A stretch of DNA of 62,623 nt, filler included. It is 7 parts of 7 records of this genome, joined end to end, with 100 filler letters (N's around TTAATTAATTAA, not from the genome) between each part and the next. Parts side by side here need not be neighbours in the genome. Positions count along the whole stretch, not along the records: positions 50,120 to 56,409 come from SRR31156797_13141; positions 56,510 to 62,623 come from SRR31156797_13180; 5 more parts are not named here. One strand, given 5' to 3'. Positions 50,290 to 59,500 of this stretch are shown one piece after another. Each line of letters starts with the position of its first letter. Position 1 is the first letter of the stretch. The notes beneath the pieces are model-generated. The model was not told where the DNA came from. It worked only from the letters and a program-made list of their open reading frames with translations, and made no database searches. Position numbers and translations under genes: made by a program.

Positions 50290-51645
50290 TTACTCTTTGT
50301 AATCCGCGTCGGTAATGGCCAGGGCTTCATCAACAACAGACATGGCGAAGTCGATTTCGTCCTTGGTAATTGTCAGCGGCGGGCAGAGCATAAGAACACT
50401 GGCCCCTCCGCCCATAATGTAAACGCCTTTTTTGAAGACCTCGCCAAGTATCCGGTCCTTTCCCGTAGCCGGGCGCGGAGGCTCCATGAGAGCTTCATGA
50501 ACGGGTTCCTTGGTCTTGCGACTCTTGACCAGTTCCATGCCGCAGAAAAGGCCCCTGCCGCGAACGTCGCCGACGGATGGATGTTTTTCCTTGAGTTCGA
50601 GCATTTTTTCCATGAGGTATTCGCCCATAACCCTGGAATTGTTGATAAGGTCGTCGCTCTGGTAGGCTTCGATGGTTGCTACGGCGGCAGCCATGGCCAG
50701 GGCGTGCCCGGAATATGTGTGTCCGTGCAGGTAGGGGAATTCGTCGAATTTATCGGCCACCCATTTTCTCATGCTGGTGGCGCCCAGGGGAACGTAACCG
50801 GAATCGATGCCCTTGGCCAGGGTGACCATATCGGGGACCACGTCCCAGTGTTCAACGCCGAACCACTTGCCGGTGCGTCCGAAACCGGTCATGACTTCGT
50901 CGGCCACAAGAATTATTTCGTATTTGTCACATATTTCTCTGAGACGCTGCCAGTAGCCGTCAGGAGGTACAATGATTCCGCCGGCGCCCATAATCGGTTC
51001 GGCGACTATGGCGGCGATGCGTTTTCCTCCGCCTTCTCTGAGAATAATGTCTTCGACATGTTGTGCGCATTGCAGGTTGCATTCGGGTTGGGTCGCGCCA
51101 AAGGGGCAGCGGTAACAGTAAGGCTCGAGACAGTGAATGAATCCCGGCAGAGCAGGTTCGTAGCTCCAGTTCCGGTAATCCCCGGACAGGGACATGCCGC
51201 CGTAAGTGGAACCATGATAGGAGCGGTAACGGGTAATGATTTTATTTTTACCGGTGACGGTGCGAGCGATTTTGATGGCGCCTTCATTGGCTTCTGTGCC
51301 GCCGGTTGAAAAAAAGGATTTGGTCAGGTCGCCCGGAAGCACGTCAGCCAGCAGTTTGCCCAGGCGGGCTTTGGGTTCAGTGGCGAACTGGGAATTAACC
51401 GCGGAAAGCCTGGCCGCCTGTTTTGCGATGGCGTCAGCTACTCTTTCGTCGGCGTGTCCCAGGTTGCTGAATACGAACTGGGATGAAAAATCAAGATGTT
51501 TGGAACCATCCAGCCCGTAAATATAATTGCCTTTGCCATAATCGGCGACAAAGGGACTGGCGCCTTTCTGAGGCCGCCAGGGGTAAAAAACATGTTCTCT
51601 TTCCCATTTAATAATGGTTTCAGCGTCAAGTTTGGATACAGACAT
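50290..51645 (-). CDS. Class-III PLP aminotransferase (omega-amine; taurine transaminase-like)
   Basis: GGTEANE, RYRSYHG, DEVMTGFGRTG, LAKG (PLP Lys), GHTYSGH. ATG 51645 follows AGGAGG. Confidence 0.88.
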   Translation of the reverse strand: MSVSKLDAETIIKWEREHVFYPWRPQKGASPFVADYGKGNYIYGLDGSKHLDFSSQFVFSNLGHADERVADAIAKQAARLSAVNSQFATEPKARLGKLLADVLPGDLTKSFFSTGGTEANEGAIKIARTVTGKNKIITRYRSYHGSTYGGMSLSGDYRNWSYEPALPGFIHCLEPYCYRCPFGATQPECNLQCAQHVEDIILREGGGKRIAAIVAEPIMGAGGIIVPPDGYWQRLREICDKYEIILVADEVMTGFGRTGKWFGVEHWDVVPDMVTLAKGIDSGYVPLGATSMRKWVADKFDEFPYLHGHTYSGHALAMAAAVATIEAYQSDDLINNSRVMGEYLMEKMLELKEKHPSVGDVRGRGLFCGMELVKSRKTKEPVHEALMEPPRPATGKDRILGEVFKKGVYIMGGGASVLMLCPPLTITKDEIDFAMSVVDEALAITDADYKE

Positions 51646-51792
51646 CTTTGTCCTCCTTTTCACAAGTGATCCTAAAAAAACTAATTAGCGAAACAGATCA
51701 ATGACATCTTGCGACTATGCTTAGTTCCTCACGGAGCTAGTTACACAGGGTCGTAATTTTAAATAATTGTTATTAATACAAATTGATTCATA

Positions 51793-52533
51793 TCAGTATT
51801 CGCGCACGACCATTTTGTCTCCCGCGGCCAGGTAGGCTTTACGGTATTCATATGGTTTGCTTTTATATGTAAAGGCCAGCATTTCCATGTAGAGCACGGG
51901 GCTGCCCGTATCCAGATTCAGGACTTCGCCGACTTCCTTATCCGCCGGCCTGATGCCGATCAATTCGGCATTATGTATCGTCGGCATTCCGTAATTCTCT
52001 TCGACAGCATGGTAAAGAGTCTTGCTTTCGAATTCCGAACGGGGAAGATTATCCAGATCTTTAAACAGTTTTACCGGCATATAGCTGGTAGTGAATACGA
52101 GCGGCATTTCACCCGCGACGAAAACTCTTTTCACTTCGTACAGGCTCGTGTTGGATGCCAGCTGGAGGTAATCCTTTGCTTCAGCGAAGATTTTTATTTT
52201 TTTCAAGTCCAGCAGCTTAACTTTCAGGTCGATTTCCTGGTCGCTAAAATGGGAAAGGAAACGATAGTATCTAAGGCTTTCTCTGCGCAGGGCCGTTCCG
52301 GCGACGAAGGACCCTTTTCCCTGGACCCGGTAGAGGTATCCTTCGTTGACCAGGTTAAGGACGGCTTTTCTGACGGTTCCAACACTCACGCCGTGGATTT
52401 CGGCAAGCCGCCGCTCCGGAGGGACTGTCATACCCGGCTCGAGCTGACCGCTTTCGATTTCGTGTCGTAGTGCTTGTTGAACTTCATAATAGACCGGCAA
52501 AGGCACTGCTTCCTGTTTTCTACGCATATTCAT
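51793..52533 (-). CDS. GntR family regulator, HutC/UTRA subfamily
   Basis: wHTH PPERRLAE..GVSVGTVRKA...QGKGSFV plus UTRA domain. Confidence 0.92.
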   Translation of the reverse strand: MNMRRKQEAVPLPVYYEVQQALRHEIESGQLEPGMTVPPERRLAEIHGVSVGTVRKAVLNLVNEGYLYRVQGKGSFVAGTALRRESLRYYRFLSHFSDQEIDLKVKLLDLKKIKIFAEAKDYLQLASNTSLYEVKRVFVAGEMPLVFTTSYMPVKLFKDLDNLPRSEFESKTLYHAVEENYGMPTIHNAELIGIRPADKEVGEVLNLDTGSPVLYMEMLAFTYKSKPYEYRKAYLAAGDKMVVREY

Positions 52534-52569
52534 AGGCCCCCTCCAATTTCCATTTTTTCGATTCGCCCT

Positions 52570-52609
52570 ATTGCTATAAAGCTATATTTATACAAATATA
52601 TATAGCAAT
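52570..52609. promoter_or_regulatory. Nested AT-rich palindromes, candidate GntR operator
   Basis: ATTGCTATA (52570-52578) ... TATAGCAAT (52601-52609) encloses TATATTT-ATAC-AAATATA, 37-76 nt upstream of the GntR start. Confidence 0.45.
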
Positions 52610-52775
52610 TTTTAGAGACTAATGTCAATTAGATTATTTTCTTTATTAATGAACGGGCGACGGGGGACTTGTTCTTATCGCCCGCTCAGTATTACCTTTC
52701 TAATTAGGATTTAATTTTAAAGAGTTATATTTCATTAACCGTATTCGTGTTCCTGCTTAATATTTATCGAAAAGC

Positions 52776-54365
52776 TTAACGCAGGAGATACGGGATCTGG
52801 ACCCACAGTGCGTCGTTGGGGCATTCAACTTCGCAAGGCAGGCAGAACCAGCAGGTTCTGAATTTGCCGAACGGACTGCCGCATGAATAGCAACGACCGG
52901 CTTCAGTTCTGGCCGATTGCTCGTCGATCGGTCCTTCCAATTCGACAAAATCCCCTTTGCCTTTGAATTCCCGCCTGGGCGGTTTCACCCTGGGGGCGTC
53001 CGATCCTTCGGATGTATCGATATCGAATTCCTTTTCAACAGGCCCCTGGTATGAGCGTCCGTATTTCAGATGCTCGCCGGCCAACAATCGGTTGACGGAT
53101 TCGGCGGCTTCACGGCCTCCGGCCATGGCGGCGACGACCGAGGACGGCCCCGTGATGCAGTCTCCGGCGACGAATATATTTGAATCGCCTGATTGCAGAG
53201 TCTGAGGATCGACTTTATCCAGGCCGGCGAACAAGGCGTCGTCCCGGCGCTGTCCGATGGCGATAATAAATATATCTGCTTCCACGCTGTTGAGTATGCA
53301 GGCGTCGAATTTCGGATTGAATGCGCCTTCGGAATCAAATACGGCCAGGCATCGCTGGAGTTCAACCCCGGTTGCGCGACCGTCCTGGCTCATAAAGCGA
53401 ACAGGTCCCCAGTAGTGGTCGAATTGAATTCCTTCGGCCTTGGCTGCGGCGACTTCTTCCGGGAAAGCCGGCAGTTCGTTTTCTCCTTCAAGGCAGATAA
53501 TCCTGACATCATCGGCGCCGAGTCTCAGGGCGACCTGGGCGGCGTCGACCGCGACATTACCTCCGCCTATGACCACGGTTTTTCCGGACAGTTCCGGGGC
53601 GGAGCCGTTTTTGGCGTCTTTTAATAAATCGAGGCCGGAAATAATTCCGTCCAGGTCTTCGCCTTCGACGTTTAATTTCGCGGCCTGGCGAAGTCCGGCT
53701 GCCAAAATAACGGCGTCAAAATCCTTACTCAGGCCGGCCAGGGATTTATCGTCCATATCCTTGTCACACTCGAATTTGACGCCGATTTTTTCCAAAAGGG
53801 TCAACTCACGATCCAGGACTTCAACCGGCAGCCTGAATTCGGGGATGCCGTACCTGAGCATACCGCCGGGCTTTTGGTCGGCTTCGTATACTACAACTTC
53901 ATGGCCTGCCAATGCGGCGTCGTACGCGGCCTGCAGCCCGGCCGGCCCGGATCCGACAACAGCGACTTTTTTGCCTGTGGCCTCTTTGACTTCGGGCACG
54001 GGTATATCATCAGCCGTCTGACCTTCAGTCAGGTAGCGTTTTATGGCCCTGGCGGATACGGCCTGGCCGTCGACAACGGCATGATGGCAGGCGGTTTCGC
54101 AGGGGGCAGGGCAAATACGGCCCAGGATTTCCGGAAAAATCAATGTCTCGCGAAGTATTTCGCGGGCTTTGTCGTCATGGCCGCGAAGAGTCTCCTGGAC
54201 ATATCCCTGGACGTTTGCGCCCAGGGGGCAGCCCTGGCGGCAGGGCGACAATTTGAGTCTCAGGTTATCCAAAATACATGTATCGACGCACACACCGCAA
54301 AAGGTGCATTTGCCTGTATCTATTGCGATGTTGTCGGACAAGGCTTCAAGCAAATTTATCCTCAT
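52776..54365 (-). CDS. FAD/NAD(P)H oxidoreductase (GltD/NfnB-like) inserted in a 2x[4Fe-4S] AprB/AsfB-like ferredoxin
   Basis: N-terminal CTFCGVCVDTC; GltD cluster motifs PCRQGCP and GRICPAPCETAC; GSGPAG and GGGNVAVD; C-terminal RCYSCG and CWFCLPCEVECP...IPYLLR. Confidence 0.85.
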   Translation of the reverse strand: MRINLLEALSDNIAIDTGKCTFCGVCVDTCILDNLRLKLSPCRQGCPLGANVQGYVQETLRGHDDKAREILRETLIFPEILGRICPAPCETACHHAVVDGQAVSARAIKRYLTEGQTADDIPVPEVKEATGKKVAVVGSGPAGLQAAYDAALAGHEVVVYEADQKPGGMLRYGIPEFRLPVEVLDRELTLLEKIGVKFECDKDMDDKSLAGLSKDFDAVILAAGLRQAAKLNVEGEDLDGIISGLDLLKDAKNGSAPELSGKTVVIGGGNVAVDAAQVALRLGADDVRIICLEGENELPAFPEEVAAAKAEGIQFDHYWGPVRFMSQDGRATGVELQRCLAVFDSEGAFNPKFDACILNSVEADIFIIAIGQRRDDALFAGLDKVDPQTLQSGDSNIFVAGDCITGPSSVVAAMAGGREAAESVNRLLAGEHLKYGRSYQGPVEKEFDIDTSEGSDAPRVKPPRREFKGKGDFVELEGPIDEQSARTEAGRCYSCGSPFGKFRTCWFCLPCEVECPNDALWVQIPYLLR

Positions 54366-54376
54366 GGCTTACTCCA

Positions 54377-56038
54377 TTATTCCGACATCTTTATGATATC
54401 TTTGTGTTCAACATTAACTTTACCCGGTTCTTCACCCTGGGTAAGAACGATGTGCTTCAAATAATTGGCGTCGTCCTTTTCCGGGAAATCGCTGCGAAAG
54501 TGCCAGGGCAGCCACCGGCTTTCCTTGCGTTCCAGGGAGGCGATTGCGCTCAAGGTTGCGCATTCAATGATGTTCCGGACTTCATAGGTTTTGAACAGGT
54601 CATGCTGGTCTTTTACATAGACCATTTCGTCCAGTTCCTTACGGAATCTGTCCATCCACCAAAGGATTCTGTTCAGTTTATATTCGTTTTTAGGCGGAGA
54701 CAGGTAGTCAGTGATTATACGCCGGACTTTGAATTCGAATTCTTCCACTGCAATCGGATTTTTGCCCTGCCCAATGCGTGCATTTCGTTTTTCGATAAAG
54801 GCGTCGACCTTGCTGTAATCGATATCGGCAAATTCTGTTGAAGCAGCGTGATCTCCTGCGCTTTCGGCGGCGATTTCACCGAATACCAGGGCGCCCGACA
54901 AGTGCCCCCGGGCAACCAGGGATGTATCGCCGGCGGCGTACAATCCGGGTACGGATGATTCCGCGTTTTCATTAACGCGCACCCCGGTCAGGCCGTGACC
55001 GCCGCATAGATAAACTTCAGTAGGCCAGAGTTCGATTTCGCCGGTGCGGAAGTCATTATCCCGGCCCTCATGGAAACGTTCGCAGGCCGGTCTTTCGGTG
55101 GTGAAAAGAATGTCTTCGATTTCCTTGATTTTTTCTTCGGGCAGATGGTCCATCCTGATGCGCATGGGACCCGAGTGATCAAAGAAATCTTCCATGCACA
55201 TGGTTTTTATTGAAGGATGAGCCTTGTCGCGCCTCTGGTCGAAGGCGTTGAGCAGGTGCGCGCCCCGGGTAAGGGTTATATAGAGCAGGGGGGCGTTGAT
55301 ATCCTTTGTAATGTAGTAATAGAGGGTGTATTCAAACCCGCTGACTTCAGCGCCAGCCCTGTAGGCCAGGCAATAACCGTCGCCGGTATTGCCGGGAAAG
55401 TCGTATACGCCGTAAAGGTTTCCGTTGGGGGGCAGGCCGAAACGGGCGGTTCCGCCGGCGGACAGAATAACGCTTTTGGCGCGGATGACCATAATTTCGC
55501 CGGTGCGGACGTTCATGGCGATAACCCCGGCGATCCGGCCGTCTTCAACCAGAAGTTCGGCGGCCATTGTTCTGTTCAGAATTCTGACGCCGCCTTCCAC
55601 CAGGCGCTGATGAAAAATGGTTTTAAGCTCGGGCTCTTTCATGGTCACGCAAAATTTACCTTTTGGGTGCACCTGCAGAATTTCATAGTCGCCTTTTTCA
55701 TCGGTCGGGAAACAGACACCCCAATCGACAAGCTTATTCATCAGGGGCCAGCTTCGTTCGGCCATTCTGTAATTGACGGGCTCGTCCATTATTCCTTCAC
55801 AGGCCATGGAATTGGATTCAACATATAGCTCCGGGGATGAGACTCCGGGAACGGCCACAATGTTCAAAGCGTCCATTCCCCGGGCAATGCAGCCGGAGTA
55901 TTTGGCATGCCCTTTTTCCAGGACGGTCACGTCCTGATCAGGCCTTGCTTCCTTGGCCCGGATTCCCGCCATGGCGCCGGCGCTTCCGCCGCCGACTATA
56001 AGGACATCGGTTTCTAAAATCGGGTAATCATGATTCAT
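54377..56038 (-). CDS. AprA/SdhA-superfamily flavoprotein, non-canonical (AsfA-like)
   Basis: DVLIVGGGSAG, SGCIARGMDALN, NTGDGY, GLYAAGD, RKESRW..HFRSDFP; 553 aa. Confidence 0.85.
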   Translation of the reverse strand: MNHDYPILETDVLIVGGGSAGAMAGIRAKEARPDQDVTVLEKGHAKYSGCIARGMDALNIVAVPGVSSPELYVESNSMACEGIMDEPVNYRMAERSWPLMNKLVDWGVCFPTDEKGDYEILQVHPKGKFCVTMKEPELKTIFHQRLVEGGVRILNRTMAAELLVEDGRIAGVIAMNVRTGEIMVIRAKSVILSAGGTARFGLPPNGNLYGVYDFPGNTGDGYCLAYRAGAEVSGFEYTLYYYITKDINAPLLYITLTRGAHLLNAFDQRRDKAHPSIKTMCMEDFFDHSGPMRIRMDHLPEEKIKEIEDILFTTERPACERFHEGRDNDFRTGEIELWPTEVYLCGGHGLTGVRVNENAESSVPGLYAAGDTSLVARGHLSGALVFGEIAAESAGDHAASTEFADIDYSKVDAFIEKRNARIGQGKNPIAVEEFEFKVRRIITDYLSPPKNEYKLNRILWWMDRFRKELDEMVYVKDQHDLFKTYEVRNIIECATLSAIASLERKESRWLPWHFRSDFPEKDDANYLKHIVLTQGEEPGKVNVEHKDIIKMSE

Positions 56039-56070
56039 TGCTACACCTCAAATAAAGCAGGAAGGTAAAA

Positions 56071-56409
56071 TTACATCTCCCTGTACATTTTTCGATCGTC
56101 GACATTGCAATAAGTAATCCTGTATTCATACGGCTTTTCTTTGTAGGTAAAAGAAAGCATTTCTATTTTAAGAAGCGGTCGTCCGGGAGAGACTTCCAAT
56201 ATTTCAGCCGTCTCTTCGTCCGCCAGTTCAATGCTGAACAATTCCTGGTTGAATATTGTGGGCAGTCCGTATCTTTTTTCTATTGATTCATAAAGGGTCA
56301 TTTTTTCCAGATGCACTAAAGGCAATTCTTCAAAACCCTGGAACATCTTATGGGGCAGGTATGAAATATTGAGCATTAGCGGGCCGCTTTTATTGAAAAA
56401 TAGGCGTTT
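56071..56409 (-). CDS. C-terminal UTRA domain of a second GntR/HutC regulator, partial
   Basis: Paralogous to 51793-52533 (TLY..IE..YGLPTI.N.EL...EMLSFTYKEKPYEYR). Confidence 0.85.
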   Translation of the reverse strand, partial: KRLFFNKSGPLMLNISYLPHKMFQGFEELPLVHLEKMTLYESIEKRYGLPTIFNQELFSIELADEETAEILEVSPGRPLLKIEMLSFTYKEKPYEYRITYCNVDDRKMYREM

Positions 56410-56509
56410 NNNNNNNNNNNNNNNNNNNNNNNNNNNNNNNNNNNNNNNNNNNNTTAATTAATTAANNNNNNNNNNNNNNNNNNNNNNNNNNNNNNNNNNN
56501 NNNNNNNNN
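56410..56509. other. Artificial contig linker
   Basis: N44-TTAATTAATTAA-N44. Confidence 0.97.
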
Positions 56510-59500
56510 CAAAGCCATCGATAGTCAGATCATAGTCATCGGTGATGTTCAGGGTTGAAGTATTGCCAATTGTCACGCTGTCTACGGTAACATTGCCCAC
56601 AGGTGAAGCAATATCTAACAACACGCTTGTGCCTGGGAGATCAATCACGACGTTTTCTACCACATCTTCCGGTTCCACGGAGATACCTGGTATTTCGTTA
56701 TTGTACCAGTTTAATGGAGTTCCCCAATTCCCGTCGCCTTGATCATTATCCCAGAAGGAGCATTCATCGGGAATACCATTGGAATCTTCGTCAAGAGAAC
56801 TGCCGGACAGAATATCAAGCCAATCGTTGATTCCATTATCGTTACAGTCACTGGTTTCAAAGGCGCCCATATCAACTATTGGAAGCCCTGTTGTAGAGAC
56901 AATGCCTGTATCCAGAGCTGTTGGGTCATCCCTGAATCGAAGACCTCCATCCAGGTCAAAGGGAATCAATTCCTGCATATCGTCATCATTGTCCAGGTCG
57001 AAGGAGTCAAACGGCACTGCAGTATTATTCCCGGCATCGTTTACTGGAGAACCAAGCAATTGGTGCAAGTCTCCATAGTCGTCGTTGCTTCCTTCGTCGA
57101 TTTCGGGAGTAGCTGGGTCATCGCCCCAGCCATCGCCTCCGTCATCAGGATCGCGAACAAAGAGAGGATCATGAATAGGTAACTCGCCGATATTGCCCGT
57201 GCCTGCCCAGCCCCCCCGGATATTACAAAATGTCACCAATGGGGTACTGCCGTTTGCTTTGATCTCGGGAACCTGTGAAGCTTGGTTATTCCAGAAGATG
57301 CAATTTGTCATGACTGTCGATGTGCTGGTATTGTTGATGTACAAGCCACCTCCATAGTAAGGAGCTTGATTACTGCTGATTGTGCAGTTCGCAATCGTTA
57401 AGTTGTTGGCGCTGTAAATTCCTCCACCTACATTGCTGACTCTGTTACAACTGATTAAGCTATTTGTGATCAATGAATTCCCGGAACAATCGACTCCTCC
57501 ACCAACAGAAGATAGATTCCCACTGATCTTGCACTCTGAAACAGTCGAATTACCAGTTGCCCGGATTCCTCCGCCTCTCCCTCCCTCATTGTTAATGAAT
57601 TGGCATGCTGAAATCAGCGAATTATTACAGTTAATTCCGCCACCACCATAACCTCCTTGGGATGTGTTTTGCGAAAAGAAACATCGCTTTATGGTTATGC
57701 CCTCACAAGAGATTGCACCCCCATTGCTATATGCGACATTTCTCCTGAACGTGCAGTCAGTAATGTGTGCGTTCCCTAAAATTTGAATTCCGCCTCCATA
57801 GCCTTTGTTCTGTTGAGTCTCTTCGCCAACAGTGTTATTGTCTTGAATAATACAATTATCTATCTTAGCATCGCCTATGATATACATCCCGCCACCACTA
57901 CTGTTGAATGCAGTACAGTCTTTGATGATACAGTTGGATATTGTTGGGCTCACAAGGTTGCAATTGATGCCTCCTCCTCCATCATCGACATAACCGTTAG
58001 TAATAGTAAAACCATCGATCTTTGAATCGGGACCTTCATTGCTGTACAAGCAGAAACCTCTTCCGCTTCCTTCGCAGTCGATGACGGAATTCTGAGGTCC
58101 GTTTTCGCTCCGTAACGTGATCTTCAGTCCTCTGAAGTCCAAATTCTTGTTTTGTCTTCCTGTGTATGTTCCGCTTTCCACAAGGATGATGTCCCCATGT
58201 ACGGATGCATTGATCGCTTCCTGGATGGTAGCATAGTCTTGTCGGACTCGTAGAGTAGTGTTGACGTAAAGTGTAATCTCAACTTCCTGGGGGGAATTGG
58301 TTGCCGAACTGTCTGACACGATCAGTGAGCATTTGTACTCTCCGTGTGTTAAACCAACGATGTCAACTTGAAGTACAACGTCATCCATTTCACCCGATGA
58401 AGATCCAGTTTCTGGATTTGCTTGTAGCCATGGACAATCCTCAGTAATTTCCCAGTGAAGGGAGCCGCCACCGCTGTTTCGGATTTTCAATTGCTGATAG
58501 GGAGGATTCTGGCCTCCTTCAAGACTGTTAAATTCGATTTTTTCCTCACTGAGCGAAAGAGAAGGATGTGTTGGATCGAACTCGTGTGCCCCCATATCGA
58601 CGATGGGCATGCCACTTGTGCCTGCCTCTCCAGTGTCAATTGTTGAGATGTCGTCAATAAATCGAACAGTACTGTCAATATCCAGTGGAGATAATTCGGA
58701 AGTGTCGCCATCATTATCCAGATCCAGCAAGTCTGATAGAATAACCTCATTCGATGCAGCATCGATACATGGGGATCCGGATGTCAAGTGCCAATCACCG
58801 GTAAACGCAAAACCGGGATCGACAGTAATGTTTCCAGGTCCCCAATTCAAGCTTCCTCTTTTATTGTCGACACCAGCTTCTCCATACTGGATATTGCTCC
58901 AGGCGACAGTTAGACTCAGCGAGTTTCCATCAACTGTAATCTCAGTACCAGTGAGGCCTTTTGACTGATTATGCCACAAAACACTGTTTTTGATCATTGC
59001 ATTATCATCAATAAAGCACGTTCCACCACCATAGAGAGCTGAATTCCAGGCAATGGTGCAATTGAGAATTGCCGGAGTACTCCAGGAACTGAATAAACCA
59101 CCGCCATCGAGGAATGCTTTGTTCTTCGAAAGTACGCAGTTTACGAGCACAATGTCTAAACAGTGTGAGCATGAAACTCCAGCACCTGAATAAGCTCTGT
59201 TATTAGTCATTGTGCAGTTTGAAATTAATGCATGAGTAAAAGAACAGTTGATTCCGCCACCAGAACTTCTAGCGATGTTTTCCCTGAAATCACAGTACTT
59301 TAGAGCAGCCCCCCCGTCACTGGTACAATAGAATCCTCCTCCACTCTCAGCTGAGTTGCTGGTGATCGTACAACCACTCAAAGTAACTCTTCCATAGTCA
59401 TTGCAGGAGATTCCACCTCCCAGTCGGGCAGTATTTTGTCTGAAAGTACACTCTATTATTGTCATATCGCTGTGAGCATTGCAGTTGACTCCGCCTCCGC

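Noticed and set aside
52776-54365. Glutamate synthase small subunit gltD or bifurcating NfnB
   Set aside because: No gltB or nfnA is adjacent, and the extra split ferredoxin points to another role. Bifurcation cannot be inferred from motifs alone.
50497-55828. Long antisense ORFs (e.g. 50497-51309, 53440-54021, 53874-54464, 55217-55828)
   Set aside because: They lie opposite well-supported genes in GC-richer DNA and show no motifs; expected shadow ORFs. The same applies to the many short antisense ORFs elsewhere in the track.
54377-56038. Canonical dissimilatory APS reductase aprA
   Set aside because: Shorter than typical AprA, has the GMDALN-type motif, no stand-alone aprB, sat or qmo next to it, and GntR/aminotransferase context. 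No gene symbol assigned.
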